Of a stretch of DNA of 64,000 nt, positions 12,133 through 23,762 are shown piece by piece. Under the pieces are notes generated by a model, which did no database searches, had not been told where the DNA came from, and saw only the letters and a program-made list of their open reading frames with translations. Every line of letters starts with the position of its first letter. Within the stretch, counting starts at the first letter, position 1. The stretch is taken from NCBI GenBank assembly GCA_000708835.1, contig DF237352.1, positions 1-64,000 of the forward strand. Direction: 5' to 3'. Both the position numbers and the translations under genes were made by a program. This stretch comes from Klebsormidium nitens (Eukaryota > Plantae > Klebsormidiophyceae).

Positions 12133-15100
12133 TCAGACCCAGTCTATGTGTTTGCTTTTATGCAACTTGTCCGTCTTGATGGCGCTTCTCGTCGGGTTGT
12201 AATATGCTGCATAGCAGCAAACACAGAGGGCAACATTAGCATCCAGAATTCTGTTCTTTGTTTCTGCGGGTCCTCTCAGAAAGTTTCACCTATGCTTCAT
12301 ATTTTGACGGCTCAAGGTTGCACATCTGCGCGCAGAAGCAGACTATGGGCTACCTGTTCTATTTTTTCGGTTGTGCTGATAGCAGGATAGCAGCGATTCG
12401 AAGGGGAATTGAGTACGAAGCGCGTACCCGTAATGCAGCATTATTACAGGTGCTGTCAAAGCACAAAACTCTAGATTGGTGCCAGGATCTCACCAGGTCC
12501 AGGGGGCTTGATATGCTCGGTGCTCGACTTGCTCATGTCTCTTTCCGTTTGTCTCGAGAAGGCTGCCCTCGCCACGTTCGACTCGATTGAAAATGCGTGC
12601 TGTGGGTAAAAGCAATCCACCTTTAGAGATTCGCGATGACGTCTAATACTCAAGGTGGCTGATCATGTGTCGGTCGGACCATGGGCAACAACAAAGAAGA
12701 AATACTTGTTCAGCCGAATAAGATCAGGCGGAATCCTAGGCAAGCCTTTTCAGCACACAAAGATCCTTCTTCTTTCTTTCTGAGCTGGTCACCGGAAAAT
12801 TCCCTCAAAGGGCATGAAGAGAAATGATGAAAGCTCTGTTCGATTTGCCCGTTTGACTCACCGAAGGTTCGTACGTGCCTGGCCCTGGCACAAACGACTG
12901 CTGCTTCCGTTTCGTAAAAGGTTTCCCAAAGCGGTCGACTATCGTTTTCGCGAACATACTGCAGGAGGAGAGGAACGAGCGAGGTCGGTCACGCCCCACT
13001 GCCCTTACGTCTATTTGTCAGATAGAACATCCTGAGAAGTCGTCCATCATTTAGTATTTTTAATCGAGGTGGCACACGTGTGGGAGTGTAGTAGATTCTC
13101 TTGCAGAACGTTGAATTGAATGGTTTTGGGAACTTGAAAGTCGTTTAAATCAACGCTGACCCCTCTAAAGCCGTTCGCAGATTGTGCCGTAGGTTTTGGA
13201 AGCCATCGGAGCCATCAAGTCAAGCCAAAAACAGCAAGCGCTTCCCTACAGGGGAGTCTAGTAATAATCATAGGAGCAAACCGTAGGAAACTGGCGAATG
13301 CTGACACGCTTACCTAGACTCCATGGCTAAACTCGACGTACTTCTTGACTTGCAAAGCGGTTCTGCAAATTGGAGATTTGTCATCAACCTTTAAAGGTCG
13401 GTGTCTGTGAGGTAGGAGCGAAGCAAAGCAGATGCAGTCGTCCAAAACGATAATAGTTGTGAGATCTCTTTGGATTCGAAGAGACGCCCTTCTACATAAA
13501 GTCGTTACCAAGTTGCCCAAGAAGCCCAGAAACAGACGTCAAGCGAGCAGGGCTCAAGATCCTACTTTCGTATACGATTCGATCGATGACTTTGGATGTA
13601 TCCTCAAGGCTCGTGCATTGTCGTACTAGGGCCTTGGCCGAGCCAAAATCTTCTTTTTGGGACAGGAGAGTCGGTGGCAATTCTCACCGTACGATCCTGG
13701 CCCCGGGCCGGCTTCGTCTTCCCTTTCAACTGGAACAGCCGGGTCCAGGCTCGTCAGCAACACCTCCTGCAAAGAATTCCACGTTTCGAAATTCTCAAGT
13801 CGTGATCGTTCACTGAAATTTTCGTCAACCGCGCTTCAAGCGGGAGTTCGATGTAAGAAAAGACGCTATGCAGCGTGTCATGATGCAGGATGCAAAGCCT
13901 GTCTTCTGCTCCTGACAAGTTGAGCTTTCCCACTTTGAACTTCTCGAGCGGTTTACACCCGTGAAGTTTCGTGCTTCTATGCCTTGACATCCACAGAGCT
14001 GTTATCGTCCATTTCCGCTCACGCCTTATCTGTATGATGTCCAATTGATCAGCAAGCTCTTTCTTACAAGCACCAACCGAATGTGTGTGGAGGCAAGCAG
14101 TCTCCAGCAAAGACGACTTTCACCTAAAGAGGTAAGACGTTCCTCACCTCCGCTCGCGAGGTGGATCGTGTAGGCGACTCCCCTCGTGCCAGTGACGTTG
14201 ACCGGAACGCAGCTGACGGAAGCATGACGCCAGGCTCGACTCTCTCGCCCAGGGCGGCAGTGCGGGCCAGGGAGACGTCACCTATTCCTAGTGGCTCCTT
14301 GTAACTCCCTGCAATTTCCAGAAACGTCGCCTGACTCACAGTGCCAGGAGTAGCGAAATGCGCTCTTTTTCTGATTTTCAAAGGTCATACGTCAGCAATA
14401 TATCAACCACATCTGTTTGAGCCTCTTCGTTTGCGCGCAATGTTTCGCGGACGCCTTCTGTCTGACCTTTTCGGCCCTTCGTGAAAGCTCAACTCGCGCT
14501 GGTGAGTGTGCACCGCCTACCATGGCCTCCCTCCTCAGCAGTTTGGCTCGTTAGGAGCACTGAACTCTGAACAAAGTCTCGGGTGGATTATCATGGAAAA
14601 GGGCCGGAAAAATTCTGACTGACCAGGCGCGGGCGAGCATGCCGCGGAGCGGCTCCCTCGGTAGCAGTCCATCCGACTGCTTCGGCTCCAGAAGGCGGAG
14701 TGACAGGAAGGCAGGGGCTGCGACGCTTTGAGAGGCTGCAAGAACGTTGCAAAAAGCATCACGCCAGAGTTTTGATGCTCGTTCCGAATCTCGTTTAGCC
14801 CAGCCAGCGGTTGGGAGCTTTCTTCTCGGCGGCTGCGCAAGATCGCTCATAGGTGTTTGGACGACTCGTAGATCCGGGAAAAGGTCTCTGCGTGCCATGT
14901 CAGCTACCTCTTAGAACGTCGCAACTTCTGGAAGCTCGTCTCGCTGCCATCTGCACCTAAAACGTACCAAAACCTCTACTCAAACTCCTCCGCAAACGTC
15001 GGTTGTCGTCAAGGGCTTGAGCTCCGTCCTTTTACCACACAATCTCACTCTGGTTCTCCTAGAGGGTTCGTCTCAAATCTGTGACTATACCACTCAAGGT

Positions 15101-15841
15101 TAGAGAATAACGCTGCGACATCTGACTGTGATGCTCCCACCGGGCCATTTTCCCTGTGACTCACCTCATACTCGCCGGGCCCAGGAGTGTTCGACATAGA
15201 CTGCCCCAACGGAAGGGAGTCCTTTGGAGGCGCCAGGAATGGTGACGTGGCCTGCCGCCAGTTGTGGTCTAGATGGGGGGGCAGTTTCTCCGCCGTGTAA
15301 AACCCCGGCCCGGGAGCCCTACGTTCCTCTTTCTTTCGGAAACGCTTCTCCTTCGACACGAAACCGGAGCCATACCCCAGCTTCGAGAGCGAGTCGCTCT
15401 TGTAGTTGGGGGAAGCGGGACGGTGGTAGAAACCGGGGCCGGGGACTTCGTTCTGGGAAATAAAGTCAGCTCGGTTTGATTGAAGATCACGGCGCCCCAG
15501 AAAGACGAAGCGACCGTTCACATCAAAAACGAGGACAGGGTCTGAAAATGCAGACTTTTGCGTCTTTGCAGTGAGAAAAGGGTGCTCCTTCCGGACAAAT
15601 CACACACACCCTTACCAAGAAGGACATCCGTATCAGATTTTGGTTCGAAGAATACGGAAACCGAAGGATTTGTAAGGCCCGGACTTCTACAACCAAATCA
15701 GCACTCATGTTGGCTCCGAATCGAGAGAGAGCGTTCAGGGGTTCCTTCCTCACCTCTTGCGAATGTGCAAATCTGGTCGCGCTCTTGCTGAACCCCTTGG
15801 GGGCTTTGCTGTCCTCTTCCACAAAGGGAGGTGGAGGGTGC
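12133..15841 (-). CDS. Sperm-tail PG-rich repeat (SHIPPO/STPG1-like) protein; 5' exon(s) not resolved
   Basis: Exon 15841-15754 spliced to 15452-15165 gives KGFSKSATRFAHSQE|NEVPGPGFY, matching recalled STPG1 KGFNSQAKRF..NDIPGPGFY. Further PGPG[FETSA]Y repeats occur near 13700, 12880 and 12500. Terminal exon 12206-12133 gives PGPAYYNP...HIDWV*. Middle exons are approximate. Confidence 0.8.
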
Positions 15842-18219
15842 CTGCAACAGAGACGTCTATTTTCTGATGTTCTTCATCATGAGGCCTCAGTTCGTAAACA
15901 TGCCATCCTTATTCTTGACAGCAGGTCCTCACTCCCTCTCGCAAACCAGACCTTTGCATTGGATTTGTATGCTGAAATTCCAGGTTGAGGATCCCAGACA
16001 GGGTTTTACTTTGTAGATAATATCTGCGACCGCAACTTCTGTTATGCCTTAAAGTAGACAGCTTTTGCATGTCAGAACTCACTTTGAGGGGATAGTTGGA
16101 GCGGTGGAGCCCAAGGTTGAACAGAGCTGCCTTTCTGAAGGGAAGAATAGCAAGAGCTGGTGAGGTGAGGGTGATGCACCTGATCGCAATAGCTGCTCCT
16201 GTGTCTTACGCGCTGTCGATAGAAAAGAGTTAAAAAGCAGGCCTTTCGGATCTCGAAGAGACTTTCAGAAGACTCGTAACTTACTAATGCGGAACTGGAC
16301 CCCTTAGGGATGTTGCAGTGATCCAGCTTTCCACTGGTACACCAGCGTATAGGACCCTGTCGTGAGCTGCACCTTATTTGGTCTAATCGTCTTTCGATTT
16401 TTGAACTTTCCTAATGCACCCAGCCGCCTTACTGGAACGTAGCTTGACTTCAGAAGTAAGCAAACAATGCTGCGAGTATTATGTATTCCGTTGATAGTCG
16501 ACACTATCCTTCAAGAAAGACTACAACGAGCTTTGAAATGTCCCCGCTAGCTGCAGAAAGGGAGGTCAGAAATGCTACCGGATGCAATTGCACTCTTATT
16601 GCTAACCGGTGCTGCTGTCTTGGCACGACAAAGCGAACAAAGAGCAAAGCTGAATGAAAGTGAAAAGAAAGTGGCACTTTGCCTCGAAGATTTTACTTGC
16701 ATCGCGCATTCTGCTCACCTGCATGTCCTGCATTGCCTTGCGTTTCCTTCTTCGATCGACGGCCCCCGACCTGTCGCTCCACGACTTTACCAGGAGCGTA
16801 CATTGTGGAGCAGTGGATGAAGATATGCAGCGGAGAATCCTGGAAACTACCACTGCATGAGTGGATAGAGGGCTCCTTATAAGCGAGCACTAACCAAATG
16901 CCTTTGAGAGTATAGTCGTCAGGTGACAAGTAAGTCTTTCAAAAAGCTTAGCTACGTGCCGGAAAAGATCAATATCTTCACCCCAGCTTCTCGCATCTAA
17001 TTTGACTTGACAATGCGGCGTCAAAGATCCTGACAAAAGATGGCAGTCAGCTTTGTGTTGATTGGACAGCATTGCCCCCCAGGAAAACGTCAACGTCTTG
17101 AAGGAAGATTTTCGATCTGTCAAGGCACTATTGCTTCCACTGCTGAATCCATGATAGCGCGCCAGATCCTCAGCAATTCGCAGTACTATCCATATTGCAG
17201 GAGTACGTCGGATTGGCACTTCTGATCATTGTCGTACTGCGCTTGTTCACCCCAGTCAATTGTTGCTTGATGTAGGTATTGAAAGTATGTTTGAGCCTGC
17301 ATGCTTGCCGGGTTGACATGGGATTGACATCCCGAGTCTTGACTCAATCTGCAACATCGTAAGTATTAGGTTGTACCAACCATAACCAACATGTTCAGAT
17401 GCTGACCTCATGAGGTTGTTGTCAGATAGTACCCGCCTTGGCGCGCTTCGTCTTCGAGGAGAATCTGCATTAGATGCTGCAGAGACATTTGTTGGTGTGG
17501 CAGGAGAAATCGGGGCACAAAAGCCTACACCTAATTCTACCTAATAAAATTCCTCTGAATTCACTAAGATTAGGTACAAATTGAACGCAATTTCAGGCCG
17601 CGCACGATCATTCTGCGCGGCGACGGTCCGGCGGCGTGTTCACATGTAATTCAAGCAGTAATGTGCGCGCGGATTCACCACGCGGGCACAGACACCGTCC
17701 AAAGTACACAGAGGTTGTATCGGACGGTCACAACTGCTCCCACTTTCGACCTGCGGTGCCAGCAGCTTTGAGAGCGGATTCATTGCCATCTTTGGACAAT
17801 TCTAGTAGATCTACAGTTCCGTGTACCTAATTCAGGCTTCGCGCTTCGGCGTATCATCTAGTAGATGCGGTACCAGGAGATTCAGAAGCATTTCAGAAAG
17901 CATTTCCCTGTTACTCGAAAAAGCCTCGCTGATCAGCTGAACGATATTATTATCGTTATGCAGCAGATTACCTCAGGCTCAGGCTCAAAGCAGATCAAAA
18001 CAAAGCAGGGGCAATCTTTGGAACCCCTTTGGAAGTTGCTCAAGATCAGACACAGCTTGCATGCTCGGATGCTGCCACCGTAGAATGGTATGTCAACTTC
18101 CTGGCCACAAGACAGATACTGCAAAGGCCTCAAATCTCTATAGTAAGAAGCGACGACAGCTTTCAATCGACTACTATTTCAAAATTCGACCAAGGCCAGC
18201 TCAATTTGGGTGCTATTCC

Positions 18220-19632
18220 ATGACGCTGATCACAAAAGATGCCTGCAGCTTAAGAGTGCAAGCGGGCATGGACCAGCAGGGCGTCTTCAGCTTGCTTCCA
18301 CTGGAATTGGTTGAAAAGATTATCAAACTTGTTCGAGATAAGCGTTCCATCTGCTCTCTCGGGCATGTGAAGGCTCTCACTTCCGTGAACAAGCTGATCC
18401 TCTCAGTGGATCAATTGAGCAGCACAAAGCTCACTCTCAAGAGATCATTCTTTGCAAAGAAGGGGGAGAGCGAAGCAACTCGATCGCAAAGGCTGCTAGA
18501 GGAGCTAAAGAAACGTCCACCAGTAGATTCTCTGTTCATCGAGGGCTATCCATGTCTGCAGAAGATTCTTGGATCACCTGGACATCTCCTCTACGCTGTG
18601 ATTCAAAGCAGAGGATGGACGGAGTTCTCGCTAGGCTACCAACGGGAATTGAAACTGCCTGATTGCTTTCTCTGGAGATCGATCGAGATACTGAGAGTCA
18701 TGAAGCTGAGTTCCTCCTCAATTGACGAGGAAAACATATACTACATCCTGTGGAACTTTCCCTCCCTCGAGAGCTTCAGCCTTCATGGTGACGTGATCTC
18801 TTTGGTGGAGCCAGATACTTCTGAAAGCTCTTGCTTTAGACTCGGGGCCGCTTGTGAAATTGACAAGCATGTACTTGCAGGTCGTCTTTCAAAGCTTACA
18901 AATTTGGACATGGGAGAGTTGGCCTCTCCTTACTGCAGTGGTATAGCATCTTCCCCTGAAATACAGAGCTTGAAGTTTATCTCAATCCATGATGTGGAAC
19001 TGGACGGCACGATTCAAAGACCGAAGGGCCTGCGCCTGTCTTCGGTCCTGCAAAAGCTTGTCATCAAGTTGACCTACACAGTCAGTGCATCAAAATCTCT
19101 CCTAGCAGACATGCTGCAATGTCTGCCAGAGCAATGTCCAGAGCTTCAAGAGCTCACAATCGTAGGCCCTGAGGTGCAAGCTTGGGAAGCATCAAGCGAG
19201 AAACTAATCCTGAAAGCATGGGTGGTGGAGAAGCTTCTGAAAGGTTGTCAAAAGATTCAAAAGCTGATAGTGAAGCAGCATTACGGTGATTTCACAGCAG
19301 AAGAATGGGTCCGCATCTTAAGGGGACGAGACTTGGTGCACTTGTACGTGTGCAAGATCTCAAAGGATATGCTGAATGTCCTTGGTTCCATGTCGCGGTT
19401 GGAAAGTGTCGTGATTGAAGAGGCGCCAGACTCTGAAGAAGAAACCAGTTTGCTTGGACAATTGCTTGCAAGCAAGGCCAGCTTCAAGAGGCTCAAGATT
19501 GTTCAGTACCAACGCCATGACAAACAAGTGTCGAATCTTCGCAGGCTGCTCCAGAAACAATTTCGAAGAGATCAAACAGTGGAAGTAGTCAGAAATCAGT
19601 GGTACTACTTTACCCTCGATATTTTTGAGTAG
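18220..19632 (+). CDS. Intronless F-box-like / RNI-like LRR protein
   Basis: The open frame runs 18061-19632; first ATG of the likely protein is at 18220 or 18268. N-terminal FSLLPLELVEKIIKLV fits the F-box LP.E....I motif and is followed by LxxLxL-type repeats (FPSLESFSL, LSKLTNLDM, CPELQELTI, MSRLESVVI). Confidence 0.7.
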   Translation: MTLITKDACSLRVQAGMDQQGVFSLLPLELVEKIIKLVRDKRSICSLGHVKALTSVNKLILSVDQLSSTKLTLKRSFFAKKGESEATRSQRLLEELKKRPPVDSLFIEGYPCLQKILGSPGHLLYAVIQSRGWTEFSLGYQRELKLPDCFLWRSIEILRVMKLSSSSIDEENIYYILWNFPSLESFSLHGDVISLVEPDTSESSCFRLGAACEIDKHVLAGRLSKLTNLDMGELASPYCSGIASSPEIQSLKFISIHDVELDGTIQRPKGLRLSSVLQKLVIKLTYTVSASKSLLADMLQCLPEQCPELQELTIVGPEVQAWEASSEKLILKAWVVEKLLKGCQKIQKLIVKQHYGDFTAEEWVRILRGRDLVHLYVCKISKDMLNVLGSMSRLESVVIEEAPDSEEETSLLGQLLASKASFKRLKIVQYQRHDKQVSNLRRLLQKQFRRDQTVEVVRNQWYYFTLDIFE

Positions 19633-19649
19633 CAAACCCAGTCACTTAG

Positions 19650-21300
19650 TCAAGATTGGCTAGGACCGCGGTACGGACAGCTACCAGAGCAGAGTGATGC
19701 GACTCTGGTAACACTCGGTGTCAGAGCAAGTATGACATATATAAAAAGTCTTTTCTCAAAGCATAATCACGAGGCAAATACGCCCACTGGCAGCTTGCAG
19801 GATCCGCGTGTAAACTTTAGGAAAAGCACAGAGATAATCATGGTGTCGCACTTTCATTTCGGTCAAGATTCAGAGAGCCGCGCTGCCGTACGTCTTACAT
19901 GTAGCGAACAAGTTAATAGCTAGCACTCACAGGCGACAATGAGTTGGCAGGGCCAACGAGTGTTGTTCCTGATGATGTTTTTATTGATTGTTGCGTCTGT
20001 TAGAGATGTTACAAGACACCTTAAGAACCGATCCTCATAGCCTTTGATTGACCTGATTGACCTGGTTTGCCGAAGCGACTGCCGGACGAAGTGCTGCTTT
20101 CCGCTTCATCGCTATCTTATCATGAAACTCAAATTGAACAATGTAAGATTGACCGTTCATGAATTGTTGTCACTTCAAGCGATACGAAATCCGGATATTC
20201 CGAGGCCGAGAGCAAACCCTTCGTCGATAACGAGCCAGCGTCTCTCGGCCTCTCGAGTGTAGTCCTCACATAGAACTCATCACCCGATCGTGGAAGGTGC
20301 AACCAGCGCAAAAATGGCTCCGCTTGCTATAGCTTCTTGACATTCGACCTCGCTCGCTACGCTATTGGCGACTTGAACGTGCCTCACTTCAAAAGTCCCT
20401 ACAGAGACAAAATGTCCACCCCTTCGCACTTACCCTCAGTTCAGCAATAAAGACCCAACGTATGCTTGTTTTAGGAACGCACGAAAGTTACTTGCCCCTG
20501 GGCTCCGATCAAACTACGCCAGTACTGTTCCGGTCCCTCACCTACAGCGGAGTCGCCCGCTAGTCCGTGCAGACGGAAAAGAATTACGCTCGTCTGAAAC
20601 GAGTCTGTTGGCATGAGTGCAGTTAATCCCCCTTTAGACAAATGATCCCCATCATTCATTGAAGAGCCTCAAACGTCGGTGGTTCCAATGCGGCTCGAAT
20701 AGGTTTGGAACGGGTCACGGGGGCAGACAAAGATTGGCACGAACAAGACCGGGGGAGGGTTGGCGTTTGAGAGCACGTGCAAGATATAAATTGACGCTCG
20801 CTGGCCTCAAAGGGATAAGCGAATCAGCTGTTCCATGTGCCTGGAAACGAGAAAGAAGACAAACAAGTTTGTCTTCTTCCGTTAGTGAAACCGTCTTGAA
20901 CCGAATTACAAATCGATCAATTTCGAGACGCCCCACGTACGGTTCTGAGTTGAAGCTGTTGGCAAACCTTCGCATGACCCTTCACTTTTCTCAAACGATT
21001 CCGCAGAGCTCTCCTTGTCATCCGCCGGGGCTTCCGACGATCCGCCGGCGGCCGCCATGAGCGCCGCCCATAATATTATGTTTTGCTGATCAGTCAGCTG
21101 CTTATACACGTCCGACGTCAGCAGAGCCCCATTGGGAGCGAATACTTGCCATCCGCAAGACATCAGCTGCTGACGTGGGCGCCGTCCACAACGTGAAAGA
21201 TGACATCAGCCTCAGGTCGGCAGTCGCGGTTCTCGAAGTCCGTTTCTAAGAGGGCCGGCCAAAGCGGCCGGCCGCCTTTGCAACCGCGCCGCGGTACGCT
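19650..21300 (-). pseudogene. Degenerate copy of a repeated block (homologous to 41750-43950 and 37850-38580)
   Basis: Shared strings include atcagctgctgacgtgg...acgtgaaagatgac (21163 vs 43082), gagcgccgcccata, ctcggtgtcagagcaagta (19713 vs 43570) and gattgacctgat (20048, 32944, 38517). ORFs are fragmented and no product is recognised. Confidence 0.6.
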
Positions 21301-21846
21301 TGCAGTTGAACTACTCTTGCAGTCTTCCACAGACAAGCGGGGATGGCGCGATATGTTATGAATACGCCACAGACCTCTGGTGTACCCACAGAATAGGCCT
21401 GTGGGGATTTCACACCTTTGCATATTCCTACCTGCGTTTATTCACATCTATGCGTAATGACAGGCCCGTGGCGTATTCACACCTCAATGGTGGCTTTGCA
21501 CACTTGCCTTTGGTGGTTCACTCTCGTTGCCATGACGCGGCTGATCTTGCATGGTCGGCTCGCCATCTTTCTCAGTTTGCACTTGTTTCTGCAACCACAA
21601 AAGGGCCAGTCCTTAAGTTCGTTCAGGTACTGAGGTGACTAAGTCAGAAGTAAACTAGAAAGACCAGGGAAACTGGCCATAATTCGTCAGTCGCGTGTAT
21701 AAAGGTACGACAGAACAGCGAACTAGAAAGCAAACAGAGACACAAAACCATATTATATATCATTCTTTGAGTTGAAGGATCAGATTCAAAAGAGAGTGTG
21801 GCCTGCGAATACCAGGATTGCGACTTGCATCTGCACAACGTTTTGC

Positions 21847-23175
21847 CTAGAAAGCATAAGTACAAGGCAGCCGTTCATGTGATAGCCACTGTGCAACCTT
21901 CTTCTGCTTGTTGTCATGATACTTTTTGATCTTGGCCGCTTGGCTCCGCCTGTAGCGGTCCGCGTTCACTAGCTTCTTCTTCAGGTCGTCGATGATCGAT
22001 GTGAAAGTTGAATTGAAGGAAGCTGCAAGGATTCATTTGCTAAAGCTGTTAAAGTGTTGTATATGACCCTTGCTTATAAACGCTCTGGTTGAAATACCAG
22101 TACAGGTTGAATCTTAACCCAAAACCATGACAGGTTTCGAAATTGAATGAGTTGAATGAATGAGTTGAATTGAATGAGTTGAATGAATTCATGAGTTCTA
22201 GGAAACTGATTATATTCAAGGAGCTCTTTCTGCAGTCACAAGACTCTAGGCAATCTACCTTTGAGACTTGCTAATCTGAAACCAAACAACGAGCAGAACG
22301 AGAATATTCCCAGCAGAGAAGATGCATATGCGATTTCAAATTCTTCCTACTGAATTATCAGACGCCACATGCACAGAGCAGACGGTGTGCTTACCTCTTG
22401 GCCACTTGTAGACGCTGCCGTCCAACCCTGTGACCTCACAACCTCGCTCATCGTCTTCCAGGATCGAATCAAAGATCTTGTCTCTCCATTCGAGATCCTG
22501 TGGATTCTTCTTGAGGTTGATGTTCCTCAGCCTCGTCAGCTCGGCTTCTGAGGGGATCTCTTTTGCCTTCGCTTCGTTAGGCATGTAATCACTCAGTCCT
22601 AGATCCGCTGCTACACGGCTGACCACACGAGCATGGAAACTCTGCAGCCTCCTGACCCCATTCTTTCCAACAAGCGTTGTATACTTCTTGCTGTGCCACA
22701 GCGTTTCGAACAACTTCGAGGCAGTCATTGGCGAGGTTGGAGCTGATCCCCTCTGCGACCTACCCTGAGCGCTGTTCCCTCCACCTGAATCATTCACTTG
22801 TTGAGAAAACTTCCCTTCCATGCTTTCTCTGAGAGGTTTACCATCTTGAACGCCTCTCTGCAGACCGACCGCAGCTTCGCTTCCTCCGTCTCTTGTTTCT
22901 CCAGCCTGAGCAAAAACTTCTCTGCCTGCAGCTTGTGATGAGAGCCAAGAATCTCTCAGCTCCTGCAGAATGGTTTTGTGACCTCTTTTCACTGCCAGTC
23001 CGCTGTCCAGATCCTTGAAATCTTCTATGAGATCGTCTCCTTTCTCCCCCTCTGCCAGGAAAACTCTTCCGGTGATTGCTTGGTCGATGATGAACTTGGT
23101 ATACAGGTCGCATCCAAGCTCTTTTGAAATTTCCGCTGCAAATGCATGCTCGTCCAGAGCACGTACGCGACTCAT
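21847..23175 (-). CDS. SAM-domain-like protein inside the transposon, divergent from the transposase
   Basis: Exon 23175-22395 (phase 1, G|GTAAG) joins exon 22022-21847 (cttgcag|CT) in frame. N-terminus ELGCDLYTKFIIDQAITGRVFL...DLIEDFKDL...GHKTILQEL fits the SAM consensus pattern. The 3' end is uncertain. Confidence 0.65.
22141..22197. repeat. TGAA/TGAGT simple repeat
   Basis: aattgaatgagttgaatgaatgagttgaattgaatgagttgaatgaattcatgagtt lies in the intron of the SAM gene. Confidence 0.8.
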
Positions 23176-23762
23176 TGTTGCACCTCTTCGACCTTACACA
23201 GGAGCGACGCGCATGCACGTGTCATGTGCTCCACCGAGCTTTACTCCACTTGCTTCGAAGCTCCTTCTTGAGAGTTCGCAAAGAAGCAGCTGCGCTTCTC
23301 AAAGACAATGACTCAATGGAAGCTCAATCGCTCAATCGCTCAATTGCTGTAAAATTGGAAATTGTGCCCTTTCAAACTTTCACGCGGGCTTCCTAAGGCA
23401 GTCTTGGCGCAGTTTGACTAGATACAGCTTTCCTCATTTTCGATATGGTTTCGAAAATCGGTTTGTCCCTGCCGGTTGTTGCCTGTCCAAACACTTGGTT
23501 AACCGACGTCAAATGGTATTATGCCTGTCCAAAACGAGAATTTACCGAAACCAGGTTTCCGATTAACCCCTATGTTGTCGATTGACGATATCGATCTTAC
23601 AGCCCCTTTCGAGCGTCTTTGAGCACAGGATACACGGCAAAGATCATGCGCGCTCTTCGAAGTAGATGACGCGCACATGATCAGCAGAGGAAAGCGTCGC
23701 TGGCGCTAGCGGGGCTGTACCCCGAAGGGGGAGGTGCCTGTCGAAGGACCAGTCACCCTAAA

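Noticed and set aside
12258-12590. Beta-carbonic anhydrase (GCADSR motif in a + strand ORF)
   Set aside because: Isolated 6-aa match with no HxxC zinc ligands, lying antisense to the STPG1-like gene's last intron and exon; likely chance.
16570-17480. Gene in short ORFs between the STPG1-like and F-box genes
   Set aside because: No recognisable motif and no consistent exon chain could be built.
17569-17831. MITE bounded by attaggtaca / tgtacctaat
   Set aside because: Only a 10-bp inverted match, no extension inward and no convincing TSD.
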